DNA of 64,000 nucleotides. Source: an uncultured virus (IMG/VR IMGVR_UViG_3300037419_001523). Its lineage: Duplodnaviria > Heunggongvirae > Uroviricota > Caudoviricetes. The stretch lies in the IMG/VR virus record IMGVR_UViG_3300037419_001523, one strand, 5' to 3'. Made by a program: the position numbers and the translations under genes. Positions 1-9,701 of this stretch are shown here, in pieces. The notes under the pieces are model-generated. The model ran no database searches. It saw nothing but the letters and a program-made list of their open reading frames with translations, and was not told the DNA's origin. Position 1 is the stretch's first letter. Each line of letters opens with the position of its first letter.

Positions 1-2
1 TG

Positions 3-770
3 GCAGATGGTGACTACGCTGTTGCACAGGGAAATTACGCTAAATCCCAAGCTGATAATTTAGTTAATAAAGGAGATTACAGTTCAACAGTAGCGTATAA
101 GGCTAATAACATCGTTACATACTCAGGAGTTTCTTATATGTGTCTTATAGATGCTCCAATTGGAACACTTCCTACAGATGCAACTTATTTCTCGATAATC
201 GCACCTCAAGCAAGATTTAATTCTCAATCTTGGACTGCAACAGAAGGTCAGACTGTATTCACGATTACCAACGGAAGTTATGTAATAAATAGCAACAACA
301 TAGAAGTTTCAGTTGGAGGAGTTCCACAACAAACTGGTGTTGGATTTACAGAAACAAATTCAACATCATTCACTCTTGCTGAAGGTGTTGTTGCAGGTAC
401 AGTCATTATTAGTCGTTGGGTAGAAGGAGCATTCACAATATCCAAAACACACAATTTGTCACATCAACTTGGTGGTCAAGATGAGTTAGATGTTACTAAA
501 TTAAAAAATTATCAAGAACAAATAAGTTCGCCAATTAATGTTTTATACGGTGTGAATAATTATAGGACGGATTATACCTATACAGGAAATAAAATGGCAA
601 CTGAAACGGTTAGTGACTTGAACGGAAACGAGATAGGTAAAACAACTTATACTTATGTCAATGGTAATTTAGATACTAGTGTGTTAGTGATGAACGGACA
701 AACAATTACCTCTAAATATACTTATGATTCCAATGGAAATATTTTGAGTATTGTAAATACCAAATCTTAA
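3..770 (+). CDS. Tail fibre/baseplate-associated protein, 5' truncated by window edge
   Basis: Frame is open from position 3 (ADGDYAVAQGNYAK...) into the 138..770 ORF; beta-rich T/N/G composition; upstream of tailspike and lysis genes. Confidence 0.6.
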   Translation, partial: ADGDYAVAQGNYAKSQADNLVNKGDYSSTVAYKANNIVTYSGVSYMCLIDAPIGTLPTDATYFSIIAPQARFNSQSWTATEGQTVFTITNGSYVINSNNIEVSVGGVPQQTGVGFTETNSTSFTLAEGVVAGTVIISRWVEGAFTISKTHNLSHQLGGQDELDVTKLKNYQEQISSPINVLYGVNNYRTDYTYTGNKMATETVSDLNGNEIGKTTYTYVNGNLDTSVLVMNGQTITSKYTYDSNGNILSIVNTKS

Positions 771-788
771 AGAAATGGAAGTGGCTAA

Positions 789-2336
789 ATGAGTTTGTTT
801 AATCAAAATAATAATGCAAAAATAAATCAACTTAGTGAACAATTGGCAGATATGGCGTACAACGTAAAAAACTATGGGGCAATCGGAGACGGACTATCTC
901 ATAAAATTAGAGATGTTTTTCCGAGCGTGACATTGGCACAAGTGCAAGCGTTAAATGCAAGTGCAACATTAGACGATGAAGCTGACTGGTACGCAATACA
1001 AACTTGTTTCAATGCATCAAAAAGTAAAGCGTATATTCCAGATGGAACGTATATGATTTCAAAACCTATAGTAGTTCCGACTTACTTAAGTATTGACTTA
1101 TTGCCTTATAAAACGAAATTAAAAGCAACGTCAGCCATTACTGTCATGATTGTGGATGATATAGGCGGAGGGGCATATGGCAACAGATATGGATATTTAA
1201 AAAACCTGACCATTGATGGAAACAACATAGCGACTACTGGCTTATACGTTGGAATCATTAACTGTAAACTATTTGAAAATATCTATGTTTCTGATTGTGT
1301 TGGAACCGGAATGATATGTGATACAAGTCAAAACAGTGTTTTTAATAATGTTACTTTAGAGAAAAACGGTGTCAACTTAAAAATGTTAAATGGTGTTGGA
1401 AACAATGTCTTTAACGGCTTATTTGTTGGATTAAGTACAAATGAAGGAGTTATTTTTGCGGAGGATTCGACTGTAAGAGGGTACTCTTACGCTATATTTC
1501 AAAATAACCCTACGAATAATTATTTCAATAAGTTTCTAATTGAAGAAGTAGCAACATTTGCCGTAAAAATCAATAAGGGCAACCAAAATACATTCATGGG
1601 ATTTGATAACGCAAAAGGTCAGGTATACATTGAGAGCGGAGCCAATAACAACCGATTTGTTAATGTGGGTTTTTCGTATAATGGAAATCCCGATCCTGCT
1701 ATTATCAACAATGGATACCAAACTGTATTTGAAAATGTTACATTTACAAGTTATCCATCAGGATTTGAAGTGGGACATATTTACAATCAAATCATCATTT
1801 CTAATATTCTGTTTGGAAACAACACTGTTTTTGTTAATAAATCAGGGCAGATTGCAACAAACATTATTAACAAAGATATATTTACATTTTCTGATACAAC
1901 CAATGATGTATATAGCCCTTATCCAAATGGTTTTGGTTACAACGCCAATAACTTCTTATTCTTTAAAGGTAAGAATAACACCACAACGCAGTTATTAACG
2001 GGCAAGCAGTTAATTCAAACGCAAGTATTTACGGGAGCAACTGCGTTATCAGTGCCGTTTACCTTAACAGAGGGTATGTGGTTAGTAAGTGTTGATTATT
2101 ATACGAACGATAAAAACCACATGCGTTCCAATTCATTTTTATGTTGGTATGTCCCTAACAAGGTTGGAACATCTTCAAAGTTATCAGCTAACGACTTTAA
2201 TGTAGGAGCTTCCTTTTCGGCAAGTACATTAGCTGTTAACATCACGGCTGCTACAGGAGCTTCAACTGCAACTGTTACAGCGGATTCATCTAGCAACACA
2301 TATAACGGAGTAGTTACAGCAATTAAACTTTTATAA
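789..2336 (+). CDS. Tailspike / polysaccharide depolymerase with right-handed beta-helix (pectate-lyase-3-like)
   Basis: YNVKNYGAIGDG and YIPDGTYMIS motifs followed by N/G-rich beta-helix repeats. Confidence 0.8.
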   Translation: MSLFNQNNNAKINQLSEQLADMAYNVKNYGAIGDGLSHKIRDVFPSVTLAQVQALNASATLDDEADWYAIQTCFNASKSKAYIPDGTYMISKPIVVPTYLSIDLLPYKTKLKATSAITVMIVDDIGGGAYGNRYGYLKNLTIDGNNIATTGLYVGIINCKLFENIYVSDCVGTGMICDTSQNSVFNNVTLEKNGVNLKMLNGVGNNVFNGLFVGLSTNEGVIFAEDSTVRGYSYAIFQNNPTNNYFNKFLIEEVATFAVKINKGNQNTFMGFDNAKGQVYIESGANNNRFVNVGFSYNGNPDPAIINNGYQTVFENVTFTSYPSGFEVGHIYNQIIISNILFGNNTVFVNKSGQIATNIINKDIFTFSDTTNDVYSPYPNGFGYNANNFLFFKGKNNTTTQLLTGKQLIQTQVFTGATALSVPFTLTEGMWLVSVDYYTNDKNHMRSNSFLCWYVPNKVGTSSKLSANDFNVGASFSASTLAVNITAATGASTATVTADSSSNTYNGVVTAIKLL

Positions 2337-2338
2337 AT

Positions 2339-2371
2339 AAAAAGGGAGCTTAGAATAAAGGCTCCCTTTTT
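2339..2371. terminator. Bidirectional intrinsic terminator
   Basis: AAAAAGGGAGCT-loop-GGCTCCCTTTTT between convergent genes. Confidence 0.85.
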
Positions 2372-2376
2372 GAACG

Positions 2377-3753
2377 TTATTTCTTTTTAAATAAAGCAAT
2401 TGATTTATCAATAATTTTTGGAAAGAACCAAACAGAGAATAACGATGCGATAAAGAATGATCCAGAACTGATTAAATCTCCTCTTAAGAACAACATCATC
2501 TGAAAACTTATATAAATGCCTATAAATTTTGCATACGAATTAGAGTTAATCATTTTAAAAGTTAATTTTCCGAGATACGCAAGGAAAGCAGCGTATAAAA
2601 TTATGCCAATTAAACCAAATTCAATAAAACCTTCGGACTGAAGCGGGTTGGATAAATTGTAGAACCACATTGAGTAATTATCCATCAAATACTGTCCTAC
2701 CAGTTGTCCTGTTCCATTTGGTTTTGTAATCCATAGGCTTCTAGGTACAAAGAAAAATACACTACCGAGTAATTGTTGACCTAATGTATGACCATATCTT
2801 TCAACATATTCAATGGTAGCCATAAAGTTAGACCACGCATCATAGTCTAGACGTTGAAATTCTGTTGTAAAAGTTTCATTAAAAGTCTCAAGTATGTTTA
2901 CATTTCCCTCCAAATAATCCACGAGATTATATGGACTGTGAACAAACATATCTGTTAATGGAAATAGTACCAACAAGACACTTAACAAAAAAATAAAATA
3001 CTTAAAACTGTTTAACTTTTCAATAAAAAAGAAAGCAAATAATGCCAAGTATATCGGACCCACAGTACCCCGATTTTCTACAAAGAAGTTTTTAACAAAA
3101 ACTAACAATATAAAGAAAATCAAACAATACAAAAAGCGAATATTAATAATTTTTTTCTGAAGTTTTATTTGATATACGAGATATGAAAAGATAAAAAGCG
3201 GAAAAATATAGATTACCTGTCCGATTATTAATCTTTGGGATTTTATTTGTTCACTATCACTCTCACCTGTAAGTATCGTGTTGATTAAATGTGAACTATC
3301 CCACAATAAAACTGGAATAAAAATAAACGAAAGGATGAACATAATGATTCCAAAATGATTAAAGTGTATTTCTTTGGTATTAATTATGCCTTTTTTACTC
3401 AACAAATTTCTAAACAGGATAAATGCGATTAGGAATAGAGCGTTATACAAATTAGCTTTTAAAACTAATTCATCCTTTATTGGCAAAGTATTTGGCAATG
3501 AGCCATAGGTTATTTGAAGAATTGGAGCGATAAAAAAGAACATAAGAAAAAAGAGTAAGACCGTTGCTTCAAAATAGTAAGTGGAATTATTGAGTACCAT
3601 TCGAAATAACAAAACTAACGGAATTAAAACAGAAACAAAACTTAAAGCCATTCCAAAATCATTTATTTTTGAAAATAAAAATAAGGACAATACAAGTACA
3701 AAAGCAAGTAAAAGAAAAAGGTTAATCGTAGAGCGTGTTTTCATTAATTGCAC
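2377..3753 (-). CDS. Wzy-like oligosaccharide repeat-unit polymerase (moron)
   Basis: 458 aa, about 11 hydrophobic segments, large loop with FFFVPRSLWITKP and E(G)FIEFGLIGII motifs typical of Wzy/O-antigen polymerases; antisense to the virion operon. Confidence 0.75.
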   Translation of the reverse strand: MQLMKTRSTINLFLLLAFVLVLSLFLFSKINDFGMALSFVSVLIPLVLLFRMVLNNSTYYFEATVLLFFLMFFFIAPILQITYGSLPNTLPIKDELVLKANLYNALFLIAFILFRNLLSKKGIINTKEIHFNHFGIIMFILSFIFIPVLLWDSSHLINTILTGESDSEQIKSQRLIIGQVIYIFPLFIFSYLVYQIKLQKKIINIRFLYCLIFFILLVFVKNFFVENRGTVGPIYLALFAFFFIEKLNSFKYFIFLLSVLLVLFPLTDMFVHSPYNLVDYLEGNVNILETFNETFTTEFQRLDYDAWSNFMATIEYVERYGHTLGQQLLGSVFFFVPRSLWITKPNGTGQLVGQYLMDNYSMWFYNLSNPLQSEGFIEFGLIGIILYAAFLAYLGKLTFKMINSNSYAKFIGIYISFQMMLFLRGDLISSGSFFIASLFSVWFFPKIIDKSIALFKKK

Positions 3754-3780
3754 ATCTTTCCTTTGAAAATTATTTTAAGG

Positions 3781-3993
3781 TTACTCATTTGAGTCGGTTT
3801 TCTTATGTCGATCAATCGTAAATAGCATTATAATAATTAAAATATTGACTATACCAATGACAATATTTAATAGTTTATCGTTTGTAATCCTGATTAGCAT
3901 TATTGAATTCAATATCACGACTATTGATGAAATAATTTTTCCTTGTATTGTTGAAAACAAAAAATCAAGTCTATTTGATTTGGATTCTTTCAT
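3781..3993 (-). CDS. Small two-TM membrane protein, probably co-transcribed with the Wzy-like gene
   Basis: 70 aa with two hydrophobic helices, GGAGGTG RBS, 27 bp upstream of the Wzy-like ORF. Confidence 0.7.
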   Translation of the reverse strand: MKESKSNRLDFLFSTIQGKIISSIVVILNSIMLIRITNDKLLNIVIGIVNILIIIMLFTIDRHKKTDSNE

Positions 3994-4230
3994 TAAAAAT
4001 CACCTCCACTGAACCAACATTTAACATTATAACTGATAGTGAGGTGAATATAAATGATTCCTTAATTTAACAAATAAAAGAGGTGAAGTTGTTGCGTCCT
4101 TGGACAAAAATGCGTCGTAAATTAATAGTATCATATTGTGCAGATTTTACTTAAATAAAGAAACGAAAAAGGACTCTTTAATCGGAGTCCTTTCGCATGT
4201 TAAAACATATTTTTTATCATGTTTTTTGAA

Positions 4231-4296
4231 CAAAAAAAGAGAACCGCACAAGGTTGAGTTGGTTCAAGTGCAAAGTTCTCTGACTATCTCTAGCCA
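4231..4296 (-). ncRNA. Candidate ~65-nt antisense sRNA upstream of the lysis cassette
   Basis: Minus-strand sigA promoter TTTACA-17-(TG)TATACT at 4302-4330; GAGAAC...GTTCTC stem followed by a T7 tract; no ORF. Confidence 0.55.
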
Positions 4297-4353
4297 CTTT
4301 AAGTATATCAAACTTTTAAGGTGGTGTAAACAAAAATAATTAAAATTTAGGAG

Positions 4354-4770
4354 TTGATTCTGTTGATGGAAGAAGAACTATATCAGAAAGTTGCGGTTTT
4401 AGAAAATACGGTTGATAAACATTCGAAATTATTAGATAAACAGCAAGAGCGAAATGATGTTCAAACGGAATTAAATACATTAACAAAAGTTTTTATTGAA
4501 GAAAGTAAAGAAACTAGAAAACAACTTCAAAAGTTTTCAGAAACGATTGATAGAGTTAATGAAAACCTCACACATTTAAATATCAGTCATCAACAAATGA
4601 AACAAGATATGAACGAAATTGGTAGTCGTGTTTCAGATATCGAAAAAGGACAAGAGGAAAGCAAAATTGATCCTAACGCTTTATTTAAAAGTATTTTAAG
4701 CTACGTTATGACTGGTATTGGTTCAATAGCTATAGCTTTAATTATCTACTTACTGACTGAAGGTAAATAA
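4354..4770 (+). CDS. Coiled-coil protein with C-terminal TM helix (XhlA/BhlA-like lysis accessory)
   Basis: Heptad-rich body, single C-terminal TM, immediately before the endolysin. Confidence 0.6.
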   Translation: MILLMEEELYQKVAVLENTVDKHSKLLDKQQERNDVQTELNTLTKVFIEESKETRKQLQKFSETIDRVNENLTHLNISHQQMKQDMNEIGSRVSDIEKGQEESKIDPNALFKSILSYVMTGIGSIAIALIIYLLTEGK

Positions 4771-4801
4771 AATTAATCTAACAAAATAGGAGGAGTTTTA
4801 A

Positions 4802-5566
4802 ATGAATATTTCTCAAGTTGGAATTGATTTAATCAAAAAATTTGAAGGTTGTATTTTACATGCTTATAAGGATGCTGTGGGAGTTCCTACAATTGGATAT
4901 GGTCATACAGGTGGAGTAATTGCAAATCAGACAATCACTCAAGCAGAAGCAGATACCTTACTACGACATGACTTAGATAAATTTGAAGATGGAGTTATGA
5001 ATTTAGTAAAAGTACCGATTAATCAGAATCAATTTGATGCTTTAGTTTCTTTTAGTTTCAATTTAGGATTAGGTAATCTTGGTAACTCTACCCTTCTCAA
5101 ATATGTAAATGCGAAGAATTTTACTGCGGCAGCAAAAGAATTTGCAAAGTGGAATAAAGCAGGTGGAGAAGTATTGGATGGTTTAACTAAGCGTAGGGCT
5201 GCTGAGGCTGCTTTGTTTTCTAAACCTGTACCATCTGCTCCAAAAGCACCTGTAAAAAATGGTTGGATTAAGAATAATCAATCTCAATGGAATTACTATG
5301 TAAATTCAGTTATCCAAAAAGATCGTTGGATTCAGGATAAGGGACATTGGTATTATTTAGAAGGTACAGTAATGAAAGCTAGTTCATGGGTCAAATACAA
5401 GGAAAAATGGTATCATCTTGGAAAATCAGGAGCAATGGATATTGGTTGGATTGAGGATAAAGGTAAAAAATATTTCCTTAACGCTAAAGGGGAAATGGTT
5501 GTAGGTAAGCAAACTATCAATGGTAAAGAATATACATTTGATAAAAGTGGTGCATTAGTTCAATAA
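4802..5566 (+). CDS. Endolysin: GH24 lysozyme plus cell-wall-binding repeats
   Basis: FEG...YKDAVGVPTIGYGHT catalytic region; C-terminal GW...WYY-type repeats. Confidence 0.92.
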   Translation: MNISQVGIDLIKKFEGCILHAYKDAVGVPTIGYGHTGGVIANQTITQAEADTLLRHDLDKFEDGVMNLVKVPINQNQFDALVSFSFNLGLGNLGNSTLLKYVNAKNFTAAAKEFAKWNKAGGEVLDGLTKRRAAEAALFSKPVPSAPKAPVKNGWIKNNQSQWNYYVNSVIQKDRWIQDKGHWYYLEGTVMKASSWVKYKEKWYHLGKSGAMDIGWIEDKGKKYFLNAKGEMVVGKQTINGKEYTFDKSGALVQ

Positions 5567-5595
5567 AAAATAATCAAATAAAGGAGTGTTAACAA

Positions 5596-5841
5596 ATGAA
5601 AAATTTTATTAAAAATGGTTTAAGTTTAGATGAATTTAAAGTGTCAAGTTTAATCATTGCGTTGTTGGTGTTTTCAGGTGTTGGAATTTACGCATTTTTT
5701 AAGAACGGAGACATACCGCCTAACTTTATGAGTATCCTTACTACTATTGTTGTAACTGTTGGTGGGGTGAATGCTGCTAAATTATTTACAAATTCATTTT
5801 CAAGCAAAGACGAACCGTCTAGTCCAGATAGTGAAGCATAA
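5596..5841 (+). CDS. Putative holin
   Basis: 81 aa, two TM helices, directly after the endolysin. Confidence 0.65.
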   Translation: MKNFIKNGLSLDEFKVSSLIIALLVFSGVGIYAFFKNGDIPPNFMSILTTIVVTVGGVNAAKLFTNSFSSKDEPSSPDSEA

Positions 5842-5853
5842 GGAGGATTTACA

Positions 5854-6114
5854 ATGGAATATCTTGTAATTGTATTACTGTTAGCCGTTATTGTCATATT
5901 AGCCTTCCGTCAACCGAACAAAGTAAAAGATGCTGTCATCACTTCCACATTAGATGAATTAAAAAATAAAGAATCTGAGATTGTTCAAGGAGTTTATAAT
6001 CATCTACCCCCTTCCATCAAAGAAAAAGTAGATTATAAGATTGTGGCTGATCTGACTAGTTTTGTGTTGAATGTTGGAATGGACATTGTGAAGAGTGAAT
6101 TGAAGGATAAGTAA
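5854..6114 (+). CDS. Membrane-anchored lysis-module protein (holin-like)
   Basis: N-terminal TM, AGGAGG RBS, last gene before a terminator. Confidence 0.5.
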   Translation: MEYLVIVLLLAVIVILAFRQPNKVKDAVITSTLDELKNKESEIVQGVYNHLPPSIKEKVDYKIVADLTSFVLNVGMDIVKSELKDK

Positions 6115-6125
6115 TTTGTTTTAGG

Positions 6126-6152
6126 GGGGAGATTTAATTGTCTCCCCTTTTT
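6126..6152 (+). terminator. Intrinsic terminator ending the lysis operon
   Basis: GGGGAGA-loop-TCTCCCC-TTTTT. Confidence 0.8.
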
Positions 6153-6235
6153 CTTGTGGAGGAAAATCATGATGTAACAGTAGTGTATGTAAATATTTAG
6201 GATTTATACAAAGGGATAAAAGGAGATAAATTGAT

Positions 6236-6412
6236 ATGAAAAAGGAATATGTTGTATATAACCAAAAGCTTGCAGGATTTCTTATGATGAATGGTTTTCC
6301 ATTAAAGCATATGTCTGAATCTAACACAGGATCAAATAAAAATGTATTCTTTTTCAACAAGTCAGATGAGTTATTCAAAAAGATTAAAGAATTTAAAGAA
6401 CATTTTCAATAA
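6236..6412 (+). CDS. Small DUF5659-like protein (58 aa, not in the ORF track)
   Basis: AAGGAG RBS; MKKEYVVYNQKLAGFLMMNGF...KNVFFFNKS resembles DUF5659. Confidence 0.7.
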   Translation: MKKEYVVYNQKLAGFLMMNGFPLKHMSESNTGSNKNVFFFNKSDELFKKIKEFKEHFQ

Positions 6413-6495
6413 AAATAAATCAATATGACTCACTTAGGTCTGCTATTCGGCAGTCCTTTTTTATTTGAGTTGTATTCAAAACGGAGGAATTCAAA

Positions 6496-7548
6496 ATGAA
6501 TATTAATAATATTAGCGAAGGACAAATTTTAAAAAATTATAAAGCATTGTGTGCTGAATTAAATGAACCTATTAAAACTGGAAAAGCGAAACAACTACAA
6601 TTGAAAGATTGGGAAAGATATTTTGAATATAGTAAAAGTGGTAATAGTTTTATAATTAATAAAATACACGAAATACCAATAGAAAAAGAAGATCATAGAG
6701 GTAAAAAATCTATTTACGGTAATGCAATTCAACTATTAATTACAGACTTATTAGCTAGAAGAAAAGGGTATCTAACTATAAGCAAAAATAGATTAATGTT
6801 TAGTATCGGAATGATTAGTATTAACTATGGTGAATGTAGTCAATCAGTAAAGAAACTAGCTAAATACATTGATATGAATGAGAAGATGATATACGACTTT
6901 TATAACATTAACAATAGCAATCTAACAGGTATACTTGAAACTGCATTAGATAATTTGCACGATAAAAGTATTCTCATGTACAATAGAATATTTAAAGTGG
7001 TGGAACAAGGTAGAGATATTTCACGAGTTGCAACAAAACATGAAGTGTCTAAAATATTAGAATATGAAAAAGAAACATTAGAGGAATTAGGCTTCAAGGA
7101 TAAATCAAGCGTTCGTGTATCTAATAAATGGGTACAGTTTAACAAAGAAGTAAAAAATAAGTTAAATAAATACACTGAAATACAGTATTATTTTTCAGCT
7201 TATGAAATAACCGTTAATCAAAAATATATTGAACAAGAAAGAAATCAATTGGCAGAATTACTACTTGAACAAGTTGTTAGAGATGAAACATTAAATAATT
7301 TAAACTCAACTATAATTGAGAATTTTATACATAATTCTGAAAAGAGACATTTAAATGGTTTTACTGCTGGCAAAAATGCTAAAGTTAGATTGAATGACAA
7401 ATACGTTGAAAATATGACTGAATTAGCAAGTTTACTTATTTGTAAAACAGCAACTAGCATCTTACCGTTTATAAGAAAAATTGAATTAGAAGAAGAACTT
7501 CCACTTGAACTATTGAATGATATTGAACAAGCAATGATTTTTGGGTAA
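6496..7548 (+). CDS. Hypothetical protein, possible DNA-binding/replication initiator
   Basis: 350 aa, GGAGG RBS, attenuator-like leader, followed by multiple inverted repeats. Confidence 0.55.
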   Translation: MNINNISEGQILKNYKALCAELNEPIKTGKAKQLQLKDWERYFEYSKSGNSFIINKIHEIPIEKEDHRGKKSIYGNAIQLLITDLLARRKGYLTISKNRLMFSIGMISINYGECSQSVKKLAKYIDMNEKMIYDFYNINNSNLTGILETALDNLHDKSILMYNRIFKVVEQGRDISRVATKHEVSKILEYEKETLEELGFKDKSSVRVSNKWVQFNKEVKNKLNKYTEIQYYFSAYEITVNQKYIEQERNQLAELLLEQVVRDETLNNLNSTIIENFIHNSEKRHLNGFTAGKNAKVRLNDKYVENMTELASLLICKTATSILPFIRKIELEEELPLELLNDIEQAMIFG

Positions 7549-7554
7549 GAATTA

Positions 7555-7829
7555 AAAAGTTGTCACCTTTTATCACCTATACCATAAAACTACATACATA
7601 GGATAAGAAGTGACAACTTTTCTAAACTAAAAACACTAGTAGATAAAAATGGTAAAATTTAATGTAAAATTTGTCTCTATTAATAGCATAGAAAAAGTAT
7701 CATTTTTATAAATTTAGATACGAAACGGTCTATCTCGTATCTAATAAAGGTTTTACTTTTGAATAGGTTCGTGGGGAATGGTCAATTTCGAGCAAAAAAC
7801 GCTCAAAATCGCCCTTTGGCTGTCCCCAC
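7555..7829. repeat. Cluster of three inverted repeats
   Basis: AAAAGTTGTCAC...GTGACAACTTTT (7555-7621), TTAGATACGA...TCGTATCTAA (7714-7744), GTGGGGA...TCCCCAC (7771-7829). Confidence 0.85.
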
Positions 7830-7916
7830 ACCTCAGCCTAATTATCTTCTCCCTCCCTATTGAAAATCAAAATTTCAACCTCCTTTCTTCCCTTCTCTCG
7901 TGCTTGAGGGAAGATG

Positions 7917-9641
7917 TCAATACATACTAAAATTCTTATCAACTATATCATAGCTTGTCCTCTTTCCATTTTCCCTTTCCGTATTTATCATAATATTCCC
8001 ATTGAAATTTACTCTATGATTCGTGTCTATATCACCTTGATGTTGTGTACTCAACTCATGGAGTAAATCAGCATTAAGAATCGTTGATAAATTAACACTC
8101 ATCGTACCTTCATTGTCATAGTTAACCGTAATTTCATCAATTAGTAAATTCACTATATTCCTCTTATCCGCAAAGGATAATTCACCTTTACCCATAATCT
8201 TTTTCACTTGTTCCACAGTCGTATTAAACAATTCCACTTTATCAAAAATTTCTTTTTCATCATTCAATGCAGAAGTTAAGTCTTCCAAACTTGCTTTAAT
8301 TTTTACAATATCTTCATTTACCTTTGTAATGTCATTTAACATTTCCTCTTCTTCAATAACATCATGCTTGAACATAGTTTTAACTCGTTCACGTTCTTTT
8401 TCTTTCTCAATCAACTGTTTCTCAAAAAATGTCTTTTTAATTTGTAATTCTTTTTCATTATTCTGATTCATTCCATATTCTTGTATTAGATTAGGATTTG
8501 CTACAATTTCCATAATGTATGTGTTCCAAATATGCTCATCAAAATCATTTACATTTAACAAAGGTACGTTACATTTTTTATTGCTTTCTCCGTAAGATCG
8601 TAAAACTGTTCCATTACATCTGTAACGTTTAAATGTCCATGATTTAGTTTCACCATTTTTATTAGTCTGTTTGGTTGATGTACTATATGCAGAATAACTT
8701 AACCCACAACAAGCACACTTTATTTTACCTCTAAGTAAATATTCATGTTTGAGATTGCCGGAATGTCTCCCATTATTTTCTCGTTTATCTTGTGCAAGTT
8801 TAAATAATGAGTCATCAATAATTCTCGGAACTTCAACCAACAACCAATCCTCTTTGTCACGATAAGAATATTCTCGTTTAGCATTTCCACTAGACGTTTT
8901 CTGTCCTTTTATTTTTTGTGTCTTTCTTCGGTTGTAGTAATACTTTCCGATGTAAACTTCATTTATTAAAATTTTCTGTATAGATGCAGCAGACCAATTG
9001 GAGGATTCTTTACGTTTTGGTTTAGCCCCATATTCGTACAATTTCTCTCCTATTTGTCTCATGGTTAAATTTTCATAAACATACCAATCGTATATTTTTT
9101 TAACAAATTCTACTTCTTCTTTATTGATGACTAATTTTTTATCAATGTAATCATATCCGTATGGAGGAACACGCATAGGCATGACATTTTTCTTTTCTTT
9201 AACTGAACGTATAACACCTCTTGACGTTCTCTTTTTGATCATGGCTAATTCATATTGTGCAATAGAGGATTGCATGTTGAAGAACAATTCACCTTCAGGA
9301 GTGTTTTTGTACTCTGTATCAACGAACACTAACTCCACTTCATACTTTTCAAATTCATTACACACAATCAATTTATCAACTAATTCACGACTTAAACGGT
9401 CAGGATGAGTGATGATAACACGATTAATGAGTTTATTCTTAATATCCTGTCTAAGTTGATTCATTTTAGGACGGTCAATATCCTCACCAGTAAAACCTTC
9501 TTCACGATAAACTTTAACGGTATCTTTGTTAATTTTTAAATCTTTCGCTTTCTTAAAACACATTTCCAATTGTCCATCTAAACTTGTTCCTTTTTCTGCT
9601 TGTGATTTTGTAGATACCCTAGCGTATAAAGCTGTATACAT
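7917..9641 (-). CDS. Large serine recombinase (SprA-like integrase)
   Basis: YARVST catalytic motif, DRLSR, PPYGY recombinase domain, CACCG...YRC zinc ribbon, coiled coil; likely ATG start at 9641 after AAGGAGTG. Confidence 0.93.
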   Translation of the reverse strand: MYTALYARVSTKSQAEKGTSLDGQLEMCFKKAKDLKINKDTVKVYREEGFTGEDIDRPKMNQLRQDIKNKLINRVIITHPDRLSRELVDKLIVCNEFEKYEVELVFVDTEYKNTPEGELFFNMQSSIAQYELAMIKKRTSRGVIRSVKEKKNVMPMRVPPYGYDYIDKKLVINKEEVEFVKKIYDWYVYENLTMRQIGEKLYEYGAKPKRKESSNWSAASIQKILINEVYIGKYYYNRRKTQKIKGQKTSSGNAKREYSYRDKEDWLLVEVPRIIDDSLFKLAQDKRENNGRHSGNLKHEYLLRGKIKCACCGLSYSAYSTSTKQTNKNGETKSWTFKRYRCNGTVLRSYGESNKKCNVPLLNVNDFDEHIWNTYIMEIVANPNLIQEYGMNQNNEKELQIKKTFFEKQLIEKEKERERVKTMFKHDVIEEEEMLNDITKVNEDIVKIKASLEDLTSALNDEKEIFDKVELFNTTVEQVKKIMGKGELSFADKRNIVNLLIDEITVNYDNEGTMSVNLSTILNADLLHELSTQHQGDIDTNHRVNFNGNIMINTERENGKRTSYDIVDKNFSMY

Positions 9642-9701
9642 TACTGTCACTCCTTGTACATAACAATTTTTCTTGTTGTAGACATTGTAACATAAAAAAG
9701 A

